Shown piece after piece: positions 18,928-29,194 of a stretch of 64,000 bases of DNA; positions within the stretch are counted from its first letter, which is position 1; every line of letters starts with the position of its first letter. Position numbers and translations under genes: made by a program. Source of the stretch: a virus (taxonomy: Duplodnaviria > Caudoviricetes); the IMG/VR virus record IMGVR_UViG_3300047160_002455, positions 13,048 to 77,047 of that record. One strand, 5' to 3'. The notes below the pieces were generated by a model, which saw only the letters and a program-made list of their open reading frames with translations, was not told where the DNA came from and did not search any database.

Positions 18928-19437
18928 TTGGGTATGTCCCTGAGCGAGTACCTCGGTTGGGGTCCGGTAACGCACCGCCAGCACGAAGTCTCGCTGCAGT
19001 GGTTACAGGATGAATGGAACCGTCCGACCAAGAGCGACTACTACATGATGCAGATAGCTTGCGAAGCGCGGCGGGCAATCTGTAAGAACCCGCGCGATCC
19101 GAAGATTAGCGACTTCCGGATTCCGTTTGAACTGCAGGGACAGAGACCGAAGAAAAGGACGAACTTCAAAGCGCAGGGTCTCAAGGGTCCGTATGTGCCG
19201 ATCACTGGGGATGAACCTAAGGATGGCGGTGAAGTAGGACGTTGGGCGCAACAGGTTTGGAAAGGGCGCGTTATGCACGGAAGCATTCCGGTGGAAGAAA
19301 CAGAGGACGGGCAGTTCGAGGTTACCAAGGGTGCCAAGCGCGGCAAGGTGGAACCAACACCGCCGCGCCGAACTGCCATGAGTGAACTGAAAGAGTGGGA
19401 AGAAAAGCAGCAACGGCAACGTGACGGTGAAGAGTAA
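18928..19437 (+). CDS. tail assembly chaperone, frameshift extension (T part of GT)
   Basis: In the -1 frame relative to the upstream chaperone. Ends overlapping the tape measure start. Confidence 0.7.
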   Translation: MGMSLSEYLGWGPVTHRQHEVSLQWLQDEWNRPTKSDYYMMQIACEARRAICKNPRDPKISDFRIPFELQGQRPKKRTNFKAQGLKGPYVPITGDEPKDGGEVGRWAQQVWKGRVMHGSIPVEETEDGQFEVTKGAKRGKVEPTPPRRTAMSELKEWEEKQQRQRDGEE

Positions 19438-22400
19438 TGCCTGCAGGCGCAACTGAAGTTGGGAATCTGGTAGTCAGCCTGACCGGTGAAGGGAGCGCTT
19501 TCTACAAGATGCTCCAAGATGCGTCGCACGCTATCGACACAACAGCGGAGCATGTGCGTCATGTCGGAGATCAAATCGAGGGTTTCGGCAAACGTCTTAG
19601 GGAATTTGGCAAAGGCATCGTCGAAACGGTGGAAGGTTTCGCGACGGCAAAGGAGTTCCTTGCCAAAGCGTTCGAGGCATTCTCGGAGCGCGAGAGCACG
19701 ATGCTCCGCCTGAGCGCTACACTTGAAATAAATCAGCGCGCTGTCGCGGAGACTTCGGAGGAATACGAGAAGTTTGCCAATACCATGATGGAGGTCAATG
19801 CCATCGGGGAGGAAACAACGATAGCGCTGCTGACCCAAGCCGAAAATTTCAAAATGACCGGCGCGGCAGCGGAGTCTGCCACCCAAGCAGCTATCGGTTT
19901 AGCGGGTCTCAAGGGTGGCAGTCCGGAACGGTTCATGCGCTTGATCGGGATGCTCCAACAAGGAGGTGTGATGGGGATGAGAGCAACCCACATGATGCGA
20001 TTTCTGCTCCCTGAACTAATGGGTGTGACTAACCAGAGCCAGTTGATGGCGCGGTTTCAGACGCTCGTTAATGCTGGTCTCGATTATCAAGCGAAGTACG
20101 CTAACACGGCACGCGGCGCGCTCCAGAAGCTGCATCTTACCTATACGCAGTTCCTGGGTGATCTTGGCAAAAATGTTGCGGAGGTATTGCAACCGTTTGC
20201 GATAACTATGCGGGAACTGGTGAACTGGTTTCGGAGCCTGCCGCCAGAGATAAAGCGCGTCATAGTTGTGATAACTGGCGTGTTCGCGTCGCTGAATATG
20301 CTTATGGGGGTCTTCCACATTTTCAAGTCTCTCGGAATCAACATCTTCAACCCAATTGTCATTGCTGTGACTATCCTCGCGGGCGTCATTGCATCCCTTG
20401 TGGAGAAGATGGGCGGTATCACCGTCGTATGGAAGTACATCGAAGGTAAGGTGATTACAGCTATCGCTTACATCATCGTCTACACGGAGAAGTGGCGTCT
20501 CAAGCTGATTGTTTTCTGGAACTGGTTGAAGAACATAGCGGTGCTGACTTGGAACTTTATCAAGACTTCATCGCTCGTCCTTTGGGAGTACCTCAAGAAA
20601 GCGGCAACCACAGTCGGGTTCGTCTTCTACAGCGCGTGGCAGTTGATTGAAGAGAACTGGGGATCGGTCGTAAACGCGATACTCGGTGGTGTTTCCTATA
20701 TCAGCAACTCATGGACGCTATTTAAGACTGCTGTAGCAGAAGCAAAGGACGCGCTCTGGGGTCTAGCGAAGGCTGCGCTTAGTTGGGCGGGTGACTTTAT
20801 TTCCAACAACATGAAGACAATAGCCACGATCATGTTAGTTGCGGGCGCGGTTGCTGCAGCTTATGGAGCCTATGTGGGATTGTCGTTCGTTATCCAAGGA
20901 CTCATATCGGTATACAAGGCGCTTCAGATATCGGAGATCGCAAGCGCTGGCGCAACCGTTGCTTGGACCGTGGTAACTTGGATGGCGCAGGGGGCGGCGC
21001 TCGCCCTTCAAGGCGCAATTTGGTTGGTGAACGCCGCCTGGGCGTTCCTGTCTCCAATTCTCGCAGTAATCACCAATGAAAACGTCATTTGGCTCGCTCA
21101 GCAGGTAGCGTTCGGTATTGCGATGGGCATAGTCCATGCCCTTTTATGGGCATGTGGGGCGGCTACGCTCGCCTGGAAGATCGCGCTTCTTGCCTGGGAG
21201 GGTGTCTTACTTGTAGGTACTGGTATTCAAGCTGCCTACAACGGTGTAATTGCTGCATACACCTTCCTGACAGGAGGGGCAGTTCTCGCTACTACTGCTA
21301 AGGCTGCAGCAACCGCTGCTGACGCAGTTGCTACCGGAATTGCAGCGGCAGCCACGGCAGTGTGGACCGGTATCACTGGTGCTTTCGATCACGCAATGAC
21401 GGGGGCGTCAGCTGCGATTGCATGGGCGACAGCCAACATTACCTTGCACAACATTGCCCTAGTCATTTGCAAAATTGCGACATGGGCTTTAACTGTCGCA
21501 GTTATCGCGCTTAAGGTTGCCTTAGTCGCTACCTTTGCCGTGGCACTGATAGCACCTTTCGTCGCTGCGATTGTCTTGGGATTCCTAACCATCAAGGCGG
21601 CAATCAGCGCAGTTACCGCTTTCATTAGCGCGTTCGTCAGTACACTCATGCACTCCGTTGTCAGTATCGGCAGTTCCTTCGTGGGTCTGGGCACCATGCT
21701 AGGGACAGTAGTAACCGGACTCGCGCCGATGTTCGGGTCGCTCTTAGGTCAATTGGGCAAGGTGATTCAGGCAGCGCAGATCGACATGCCGACCGCATTC
21801 AAACTTCTCAAGGCTGTCGGCAAGCTGGCAGTGGAGGAACTGAAAGCAGTGTGGTCCCCTTTATGGACGTTCCTCCAAGAAGGATTTGCCGCCTTTTGGA
21901 AAGACCTGACATTCCGAAGTAAGCGCGCGATGGCGGAGATCAAGGTCTCAATGCTGTCGGCGTTCGCGGACCTCCCCTGGTTTGTCCCCGGAGCTAAATC
22001 AGCGAAGATTGCCTATGCCAATGCTGTTCGGGATCTGATGAAGCTGCCCGCTAACCCGTTCGACACGCTTGACGAGAACATGAAGAAAGCTGTCGCTAAG
22101 TTCATCATGGGGATCAACACCGAACTTGGCGGTAAAGCTGTTAAGGAAGCCCAAGACGCTGTTGACAAAATTGACAAAGAGCTAAACAAACTGGCGGCGC
22201 AGCAGTGGTCGCAAGCAATGTACGGTGGTAAGAAACCTGCCGGTGACTTGCAGACGCGCGCTAAGGAATTGGAAGCGCAGCTGAAGGAACAATGGGAAAA
22301 GTTGAAAAAGAAAATGGGCATCGGTGACTGGAACAAGAACCAGGCAGCGATGTACGACCAAGCTAACCAAAAGATGAATGCCCAGCTAGCAAAGAGTTCC

Positions 22401-23609
22401 GACATCGCGGGCATGATCGTAGAGATGAACCGGGACACGGCGCAACGCTTGAAAGCGATTAACGAGGACTCTGCGGAGAGTACGAAAGAGAGTGCTAAGG
22501 AGGGTGCCAAGGAGGGTGAGAAAGGAGGTTTCGTTGGACCATTCGGGGGTGTGTTTGCTAAAGGAGCGGCAGCGAAGGCAGCCGCAGATCAAAAGGCAGC
22601 GCTGGACATGGTGTCGCAGATGACGGGGTTGGACCTCGGCGGGAGAAAGCGCCCCCGATGGGGTGCCGTCGCAGAACGCGCTGAGGGGGGCGGTCTCGCA
22701 TTTCCAGGCGAGGAACCGACAGAGGGGGAGACTCCGTTTCAGAAGTGGAAGCGTGAACAGAAAGAAAAGAGAAAGGACGAAAGCGACTTTGCCAAGTTCC
22801 GTAGGGAGAAGGCGGAGGAGGCAATCATCAGTCCTGAGGGCGTCGGTCCCAGCGACTTTGCCCAGTGGCGCGACCAGGAAAGAGCGAAGCAGAAGGTGCA
22901 AAGCGACTACTCCAAATGGCAGGACATGCAACTGGAGAAGCGCGCCAGGGCGGCGGCAGCAGGTTTAGAGGCAGGGATGCCAGAGGAACCGGCAGCGCAG
23001 CAGAAGCAACAGAGCGACTTTTCAAAGTGGTTGGATCAAAGGGCTGAAGAGCGCGCTAGGAAGGCAGCGGCGCAGGCAGCGCTGCAGGCGGGAGCACAAA
23101 AGGATGCGGTGGCAGCTGGTACGGAGGCAGAAAGACAGACTCAAACCCTGATCGACCTCAACCGCAACCAACTCTATCCGGAACAGCAGAAAGCGGGTGC
23201 GGACGCGGCAAAACAGACCAAAGACCTAATTGACCTCAACAGCAAACAACTCTATCCGGAAATACAGCAGAAAGCAGCGGACGCAGCAGAAACAGCAGCA
23301 AAGGGTTTTGCTAGCTTTTCTGGTGACTTCTTTGTTCCGATGCAGAAAGCGGCAGAGACAGCTAGCAGCGCAGTCGAGGACTTGGGAGGCAGCGACTTCT
23401 TTGTCCCCAAGGGCGGCGCGATGGAAAAAGCACCGGAGATGCTGCCCGGTGACTTCTTTATCCCAAAGGGCAAAGACATATCGGACATGCAAGGAGGTCA
23501 GGACACGTTGGTTGCGCTGTTCAGCAAGGTTGCCGATGGCATCGACAAGTTAGTGGACCAGGGGGAGGAGGACAGCGGCACGAGTATCGAAAGCGCGGGG
23601 TTGTTCTAA
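19437..23609 (+). CDS. tail tape measure protein
   Basis: 1390 aa, Ala-rich helical with Trp/Phe periodicity. N-terminal EVGNLVVSLTG. Canonical position. Confidence 0.9.
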   Translation: MPAGATEVGNLVVSLTGEGSAFYKMLQDASHAIDTTAEHVRHVGDQIEGFGKRLREFGKGIVETVEGFATAKEFLAKAFEAFSERESTMLRLSATLEINQRAVAETSEEYEKFANTMMEVNAIGEETTIALLTQAENFKMTGAAAESATQAAIGLAGLKGGSPERFMRLIGMLQQGGVMGMRATHMMRFLLPELMGVTNQSQLMARFQTLVNAGLDYQAKYANTARGALQKLHLTYTQFLGDLGKNVAEVLQPFAITMRELVNWFRSLPPEIKRVIVVITGVFASLNMLMGVFHIFKSLGINIFNPIVIAVTILAGVIASLVEKMGGITVVWKYIEGKVITAIAYIIVYTEKWRLKLIVFWNWLKNIAVLTWNFIKTSSLVLWEYLKKAATTVGFVFYSAWQLIEENWGSVVNAILGGVSYISNSWTLFKTAVAEAKDALWGLAKAALSWAGDFISNNMKTIATIMLVAGAVAAAYGAYVGLSFVIQGLISVYKALQISEIASAGATVAWTVVTWMAQGAALALQGAIWLVNAAWAFLSPILAVITNENVIWLAQQVAFGIAMGIVHALLWACGAATLAWKIALLAWEGVLLVGTGIQAAYNGVIAAYTFLTGGAVLATTAKAAATAADAVATGIAAAATAVWTGITGAFDHAMTGASAAIAWATANITLHNIALVICKIATWALTVAVIALKVALVATFAVALIAPFVAAIVLGFLTIKAAISAVTAFISAFVSTLMHSVVSIGSSFVGLGTMLGTVVTGLAPMFGSLLGQLGKVIQAAQIDMPTAFKLLKAVGKLAVEELKAVWSPLWTFLQEGFAAFWKDLTFRSKRAMAEIKVSMLSAFADLPWFVPGAKSAKIAYANAVRDLMKLPANPFDTLDENMKKAVAKFIMGINTELGGKAVKEAQDAVDKIDKELNKLAAQQWSQAMYGGKKPAGDLQTRAKELEAQLKEQWEKLKKKMGIGDWNKNQAAMYDQANQKMNAQLAKSSDIAGMIVEMNRDTAQRLKAINEDSAESTKESAKEGAKEGEKGGFVGPFGGVFAKGAAAKAAADQKAALDMVSQMTGLDLGGRKRPRWGAVAERAEGGGLAFPGEEPTEGETPFQKWKREQKEKRKDESDFAKFRREKAEEAIISPEGVGPSDFAQWRDQERAKQKVQSDYSKWQDMQLEKRARAAAAGLEAGMPEEPAAQQKQQSDFSKWLDQRAEERARKAAAQAALQAGAQKDAVAAGTEAERQTQTLIDLNRNQLYPEQQKAGADAAKQTKDLIDLNSKQLYPEIQQKAADAAETAAKGFASFSGDFFVPMQKAAETASSAVEDLGGSDFFVPKGGAMEKAPEMLPGDFFIPKGKDISDMQGGQDTLVALFSKVADGIDKLVDQGEEDSGTSIESAGLF

Positions 23610-24616
23610 TGGCATCCGAGATGGCGGGATTGCTGGATTGGTCCGGGGAGCGGGACGAATACGGGTACCGTTCCTACACGATTACCTTCCGCGTAGTAAC
23701 CAACAATGTACTTGACGGTCCCGCTGTCGTTATGCAGACACCGGGGTTGCCGCGCCCCGGCAGTTGGTACTTCCTTGGTAACGATATCGACATCTATGTT
23801 TGGACGCGCTTAAATCTCAAGGTCACACCCACCCTCAAGTCGGAACCGAATACCTGGTGGGAAGTCGAGGTCCAGGTCAGCAACAAACCCCCCGACCGCA
23901 AAGAAGCGCACAATGCCTGCACCGGGCAAGAAATCCAAGACCCACTGTTGACACCGCAGAAAGTTAGCGGGTCGATGGTGAAAAGGACGGAGGAATCGGT
24001 TTACGACCGATTCGGTAATCGCATTTCCAACAGCGCGCAGGAGCAGCTGCACGGTCCCAACGTCCAGTTCGACCAGTCGCAACCGCAGATCCGCATTGAG
24101 CAGAACGTGCCGTTTCTGGACTTAGCGAATGTGCAAAGCATGGTGAACTCTGTCAATGCTTTCCCTATGTGGGGTCTCGACGCGCGGATGATTAAGCTGA
24201 GCGAGTTCACTTGGGAGCGCAAGTTCTGGGGGCAGTGTCTCGTCTACTACACGCGCAACTTCACCTTTGATATTCGCTACGACACCTGGGATCGCATCAT
24301 CGCGGACGAGGGCACGCAAGTCATCAAGGGTGAGTGGGACACAAAGAAAGGCAGTTCAACCAAAGGTCAGTACAAACCAGCTGGCGATGTAACCTATATC
24401 AACATCGGCGGTCAGAACATTCCGGACTATACGAATCTGGCGAACTTCCAACGGTACCAGGATGCGCAGGGACACCCGGCAAAAACGCTCCTGAACGGGG
24501 CGGGTATGCCCGCTAACTACCTCGGTGACCCGAACCAAAATCAGGTAGCGCAGCTGCTCCTCTCTGTGTACCAGGAAGCAGACTTCACGATCCTCGGCAT
24601 CCCATTGGTATTTTGA
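23609..24616 (+). CDS. distal tail / hub-like protein
   Basis: First gene after the tape measure gene. Beta-rich 335 aa. Confidence 0.6.
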   Translation: MASEMAGLLDWSGERDEYGYRSYTITFRVVTNNVLDGPAVVMQTPGLPRPGSWYFLGNDIDIYVWTRLNLKVTPTLKSEPNTWWEVEVQVSNKPPDRKEAHNACTGQEIQDPLLTPQKVSGSMVKRTEESVYDRFGNRISNSAQEQLHGPNVQFDQSQPQIRIEQNVPFLDLANVQSMVNSVNAFPMWGLDARMIKLSEFTWERKFWGQCLVYYTRNFTFDIRYDTWDRIIADEGTQVIKGEWDTKKGSSTKGQYKPAGDVTYINIGGQNIPDYTNLANFQRYQDAQGHPAKTLLNGAGMPANYLGDPNQNQVAQLLLSVYQEADFTILGIPLVF

Positions 24617-24618
24617 CC

Positions 24619-25083
24619 ATGTCTGCTGAAATCCAGATTCGTCTGAGCATAAGCATCAACAAGGGCAACCTCCAATTCCAAAGCTACCCGCAAGGATTCC
24701 AGGCAGATATGGCGGGGCAGAAAGGACCGGTGCCTGGGGTTATCACCGTTGCCGTCACACACACGGAGGTCTACTTCACACAAGCGGGATCTGGTTGCAA
24801 CGCGGGCATCGGCACTCTGGTGCAACCCGGTTACTGTTGGATACAGAACCTCGACCAAACCAACTTCGTTATCTTCGGAATCTACGACGCGGACACTATC
24901 ACATTCTTCCCGTTGGGTGAGCTACTGCCGGGGGAGCTAACGCTGTTCCGATTGTCGCGCTATTTGGGGCAAGAGTTAAAACCGGGCACGGGCACCGGCA
25001 TCGCGGACATGGGCACGTCGTTCCTATCGTTCAAGGCAGACATTGCACCGTGCAACGTGATGGTACTGGCGTTTGATACCTAA
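24619..25083 (+). CDS. putative tail protein
   Basis: Structural operon. GYCWIQNLDQTNFV...GELLPGE. Confidence 0.55.
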   Translation: MSAEIQIRLSISINKGNLQFQSYPQGFQADMAGQKGPVPGVITVAVTHTEVYFTQAGSGCNAGIGTLVQPGYCWIQNLDQTNFVIFGIYDADTITFFPLGELLPGELTLFRLSRYLGQELKPGTGTGIADMGTSFLSFKADIAPCNVMVLAFDT

Positions 25084-25092
25084 GGGGCAGTC

Positions 25093-25605
25093 ATGAAACC
25101 CAAACCAGATCCGAACCACCCCGAACGTGGGTTGAAGATTGTACACACTGACGAGGAACCGTGCATCCGCCCTGTCAACAAAGCGCGCTTAAGCATAGTC
25201 GAAACAGTCTACTACCAGCATCCGGAGGACCAACCCGTCACCCTGGATCATCGCTTTGGTAGATGGGTAGACAGTACCGATGAACCCTATCTGCGCAAGT
25301 TCAAAGTGGGTACGGAGTGGCAATCACTACCCAAGCTGGCAGGGGCGGTTTGGATCGGCGCGACGGATGTAGGTTTGCTGTGCATCAAGAATGAGGAGGG
25401 GCGGTTCCTGATTGAACCGACACCAGCGCAGAAGGAGGAAGCGGCGCAGCGCATTGTCTGTATCGAGTTTGGCACGCATGGGGTGGCGGACATCTTCATT
25501 CCACCGGGGGAGTCGGTTCACTTCCAACCGGTGGATCTAAACAACGTCTACGTCCGCTGTTGGAAAGGTGAAGCGAAGTTCACCCTGTCCCTATTCCCGA
25601 AGTAG
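25093..25605 (+). CDS. putative tail protein (distantly similar to upstream gene)
   Basis: GLLCIKNEEG...FIPPGES echoes GYCWIQNLD...LLPGE of the previous ORF. Confidence 0.55.
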   Translation: MKPKPDPNHPERGLKIVHTDEEPCIRPVNKARLSIVETVYYQHPEDQPVTLDHRFGRWVDSTDEPYLRKFKVGTEWQSLPKLAGAVWIGATDVGLLCIKNEEGRFLIEPTPAQKEEAAQRIVCIEFGTHGVADIFIPPGESVHFQPVDLNNVYVRCWKGEAKFTLSLFPK

Positions 25606-25606
25606 T

Positions 25607-26182
25607 ATGCCAAAGAGCCGCGGATACGTGCTGACTCAGGAAGATGTGGACTCGCTCCGTGACATGATAACGGAGTTTAAGAGTCGCTCTAAGCGCGGCG
25701 TCATGGAGACAGGTCGCGCGCTTGTAGAAAGCTACGACACGTTCACACCTCCGGACACGTATATTATCAAGGTGCCGGATGGCGGCATCCCGAAGGAGGA
25801 CTCAGACACACCGGGGAATGTAGACTGCGATATCTACACCGTAGACAATAGCGGGGACACCCCAACCCTAACCCAAATCGACATAAACCAGAAGACGGTC
25901 TACAACGTCGGGACTGCGGACATACCAGCCGGGTACAATATAGCGGTCAAAGATCGCTATGGTAGTTTCATAGCAGTATCACCGCCCCCGGCAACCGCCA
26001 CTCCATTCACTACAGGAACGTCGGACAATATCGTGCTGACTATGCTTACCAGTCAGATAGATCCCAATACATGCGTCGCAACAACAAAAACTTTTCACTT
26101 TGAGACAGTCACCATCGCGGGGCTGACGTTCATTGCGCTGTTCGCGATTACCGATGATGTACCAGGGACCGGGCACCCATGA
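25607..26182 (+). CDS. putative tail tip protein
   Basis: MPKSRGYVLTQEDVDSLRDMI... starts 1 nt after the upstream stop. Confidence 0.55.
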   Translation: MPKSRGYVLTQEDVDSLRDMITEFKSRSKRGVMETGRALVESYDTFTPPDTYIIKVPDGGIPKEDSDTPGNVDCDIYTVDNSGDTPTLTQIDINQKTVYNVGTADIPAGYNIAVKDRYGSFIAVSPPPATATPFTTGTSDNIVLTMLTSQIDPNTCVATTKTFHFETVTIAGLTFIALFAITDDVPGTGHP

Positions 26183-26382
26183 AGTTAGGAACGAACATCG
26201 AAGCTGCGCTGCGCATGATCGGGCTCACGAGTGAGCGTGTCGAGGCATGGTTGGGGCGTCCTTGCGGTTGCAAGGAAAGAGTCGAGAAGCTGGACCAACT
26301 GGGGATGTGGGCAAAGCGCGTACTCCGCGCTAAAACACAAAGTCCACATGACGAATTAGAAGGCATACTGAAGCAACCGTAA
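26179..26382 (+). CDS. small Cys-containing protein
   Basis: IGLTSERVEAWLGRPCGCKERVEKLDQLG, a small phage protein type with the PCGC..R..L motif. Confidence 0.65.
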   Translation: MKLGTNIEAALRMIGLTSERVEAWLGRPCGCKERVEKLDQLGMWAKRVLRAKTQSPHDELEGILKQP

Positions 26383-27881
26383 TGGGAACAACACCAACTC
26401 TAAACTGCGGTTGCTGCAGCGAAGTGAAGAAAGGTTGCTGCAAACTCGACCCTCAGATACCGCTGTGCTACGGCATTAGCAGCGATGATGGTTGCAAGGA
26501 TTGCTTTAACGGTAAGCAAGTTCAGATGACGTATGAGGGCGGCACTTGGTCCGGTGCCGTGTCTGCCAGCTGTGGCATCCTCACGCTGTCCATCAAGTGC
26601 AATACGAAGCGCGCCACCTGCTGTACTCCATCGGTGCTATTGCCGTCAGAGATAAGCGTGACCATGCGCGACGAGGGCGGCTGCGCTTGTTGCGATGGTG
26701 TCAACGCAACCATGTCATGGAACGAAGGGTCGCAGACTTGGTCCGGTACTCTCAACCTCACTGCCTGTAATACATCCCTGACGGTGACGATGGATACCGC
26801 GTGCAACGTCCACCTCTCAGGCTGCGCCAGTAGCTACAGTTCCAAGAATGTCGATAGCTGCTCACCGTTCCAGCTAAGCGTATTCGGTGGTAATGCGCCG
26901 TGCTGTAACGGTGTGGTGGGTAGTTGGAAGCTGGTTATCGAGGCACCGTCTCAAGACCCCGCTTCGGGCAGCTGTGAGAATTACCAGCTGACGGTTACTT
27001 GCGGCAAGGATACTGTCACGGTGCCGCCCTCTAACTGCCGTTGTGGGGACACGGGTACGGGCACCAGTTCTCAGTTTCTACTTGAGTTCGGACCGATCAC
27101 ACTAACGGATTGCTGCCAAGGAACCATAAGCGTAGACGTGCTGGAATGCCCACAGGTCTATGTGGACTGTCCTGATTGCCTCACAGTACCGAAAGTATGG
27201 AAACTGTCCGCCTCTGGGTTTGAGGATGCCGACTGTAGCTTCTGCTCATCCCTTAACGGTGACCACACCCTCATAAGACCTATTGATTATAAGTATTTCC
27301 CAGAAGACGTTCCGTGGGACAGTGAGAGCAATTCGCCCATTTGTACGACACCAATATATGGACCGGGGACTCCGATTCTCGGATTCCACCCTTGCCACTG
27401 TAACTTCACCCCAAACGATCCAAATGGACAAGCACCATTCGTAGCAACCAGCTGTACCTGGCTTTCGCTAAAGGTCTTCGACTTGTTCTGTCAATACCCG
27501 TATGCTTTCCCACCGCCAGATACATTCCCGTACAATTTCGGGCAAGCGTGGGCATGGTGGTTGACCGGTTATAGTGGCAGCCTTCTGAACCCTTACGACG
27601 TAGGGTTCACCCTCAAAGGTGGTGTCGCTACATGCTTGTATCAACCGTGGTTCGCTACCTGCTTGCAGATTCCACCTGTTCCACCACCTCCACAAGGGAC
27701 TGTCTCCTACTGTATTCCAGCGCGATACTTTGACTGTCTTGGCAAGAATGTGTTCGAGGTGGCTATGACCTACGGAGGAATCAGCATAGGTGGAGTCACT
27801 GTTCCTTTCTGCAACCCACCGGGCTATGCCAATCAGCAACCGGCACCGGTGACCGTGCAAGTAAGCGTTGAACCCGCATGA
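26382..27881 (+). CDS. Cys-rich tail fibre / receptor-binding candidate
   Basis: 499 aa with about 40 Cys. Two related N-terminal modules (C.DC.NG....MTY...TWSG / CACCDG.NATMSW....TWSG). Confidence 0.6.
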   Translation: MGTTPTLNCGCCSEVKKGCCKLDPQIPLCYGISSDDGCKDCFNGKQVQMTYEGGTWSGAVSASCGILTLSIKCNTKRATCCTPSVLLPSEISVTMRDEGGCACCDGVNATMSWNEGSQTWSGTLNLTACNTSLTVTMDTACNVHLSGCASSYSSKNVDSCSPFQLSVFGGNAPCCNGVVGSWKLVIEAPSQDPASGSCENYQLTVTCGKDTVTVPPSNCRCGDTGTGTSSQFLLEFGPITLTDCCQGTISVDVLECPQVYVDCPDCLTVPKVWKLSASGFEDADCSFCSSLNGDHTLIRPIDYKYFPEDVPWDSESNSPICTTPIYGPGTPILGFHPCHCNFTPNDPNGQAPFVATSCTWLSLKVFDLFCQYPYAFPPPDTFPYNFGQAWAWWLTGYSGSLLNPYDVGFTLKGGVATCLYQPWFATCLQIPPVPPPPQGTVSYCIPARYFDCLGKNVFEVAMTYGGISIGGVTVPFCNPPGYANQQPAPVTVQVSVEPA

Positions 27882-28429
27882 ACGTACCGCCGTGTAAAGA
27901 CCGTGGGCAAGAGGTCGCGCCGGATATTTACATCTGTAAGTCCAGCAAACTCGTTGGCACTCCGATGAACGTCACCGCGCAGACGTGCCTGCGCTGCCCG
28001 TACTCGGACGAAGGGTATAAGGTTCGCGAAAGCTGGAAGCAGATTGAGTTCCCGAAACCGCCGCCACAGTTAGCACCACAACCAGCGCCCCCGGAACTGG
28101 CAATACCACAGGACTTGACGAAGCTGACGGTGGAGCAGCGCAAAAGGTTCGGTTTCGATGATCCGGCTGGACCAGTGCTTCCGCAGCGCGGACCATCCAT
28201 CTTCAAGAAAGCAATCAATCTCAGCTGGGCGGTTGCCAGTCACATCCTCGCGGGGTTGCCCACCGTGGATGATAAGGACTATGAGGCGCGCTTGAATGTC
28301 TGCAACAGCTGTGAGATGCGCAAGGGCAACACCTGTATGCACCCGCGCTGCGGTTGCAATCTCTCACTCAAGGCATGGTGGAAGGATCAAAAGTGCCCCT
28401 TGGATAAGTGGGCAAAACCCGAATCCTGA
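27878..28429 (+). CDS. Cys-rich protein with C-terminal zinc-binding domain (DUF6171-like)
   Basis: RLNVCNSCE...CMHPRCGCNLSLKAWWKDQKCPLDKW. Confidence 0.65.
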   Translation: MNVPPCKDRGQEVAPDIYICKSSKLVGTPMNVTAQTCLRCPYSDEGYKVRESWKQIEFPKPPPQLAPQPAPPELAIPQDLTKLTVEQRKRFGFDDPAGPVLPQRGPSIFKKAINLSWAVASHILAGLPTVDDKDYEARLNVCNSCEMRKGNTCMHPRCGCNLSLKAWWKDQKCPLDKWAKPES

Positions 28430-28459
28430 CTGACCTGGCATGGGGAGAACGTAGCAGAC

Positions 28460-29194
28460 GTGAACAAGACTCGCTGGGTTTATGGTGTAACCACTGTACC
28501 GGCGCGCGCGGGCACGCTCTTGCCGCGCACGCTCAAGTCATTGGCAGCTGCCGGATTCGACCAGCCTTGGCTGTTCATCGACGGTGTAACGCACACGGAG
28601 GCAGACCGATTCGAGCGCGAGTTCAAGCTGCCGGTGACGGGGCGCTGCCCGCCACTGAAGGCATTTGGCAACTGGATACTAGCACTTGCAGAGTTGTATA
28701 TCCGGCAACCGGTGTGCAACCGTTACGCGATTTTCCAAGACGATCTAGTGACCTATCGGAACCTGCGCTCCTACTTGTGTCATTGCCCGTTCCCGGAAAA
28801 GGGTTACTGGAACCTGTTCACCTTTCCCAACAACCAGTTGATTGCGCCTAGGGATGGCAACGGTAAGCAGAAGATCGGATGGTATGAGTCGGACCAATGG
28901 GGCAAGGGCGCGGTTGGATTGATCTTCTCCCGCGAAGCAGTAATGACGGTGTTGCAAGCGGCACACATGATCGCTCGACCCGCAGATGCTTCGAGGCGCA
29001 GTACCATGAACATTGACGGCGGTGTCGTGACCGCCATGACGAAAGCAGGTTGGAAAGAGTTTGTCCACAATCCGTCTCTGATACAGCACACCGGGGACGT
29101 GAGCACGATGGACCACGGACCCCATCCCAAAGCGGCATTCCGTGGTGAGGACTTTGATGCTATGGAGCTACTCAATGAAGCTAAGCGAACTTGA
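28460..29194 (+). CDS. glycosyltransferase-like protein (GT-A fold)
   Basis: IFQDD (DxD-like), GAVGLIF, PSLIQHTGDVST. Confidence 0.65.
   Translation: MNKTRWVYGVTTVPARAGTLLPRTLKSLAAAGFDQPWLFIDGVTHTEADRFEREFKLPVTGRCPPLKAFGNWILALAELYIRQPVCNRYAIFQDDLVTYRNLRSYLCHCPFPEKGYWNLFTFPNNQLIAPRDGNGKQKIGWYESDQWGKGAVGLIFSREAVMTVLQAAHMIARPADASRRSTMNIDGGVVTAMTKAGWKEFVHNPSLIQHTGDVSTMDHGPHPKAAFRGEDFDAMELLNEAKRT

Noticed and set aside
19041-19886. 281-aa minus-strand ORF
   Set aside because: Antisense shadow of the chaperone and tape measure genes, with no recognisable motifs.
26382-27881. Diversity-generating retroelement target
   Set aside because: No reverse transcriptase and no near-identical template/variable repeat pair seen in the window.
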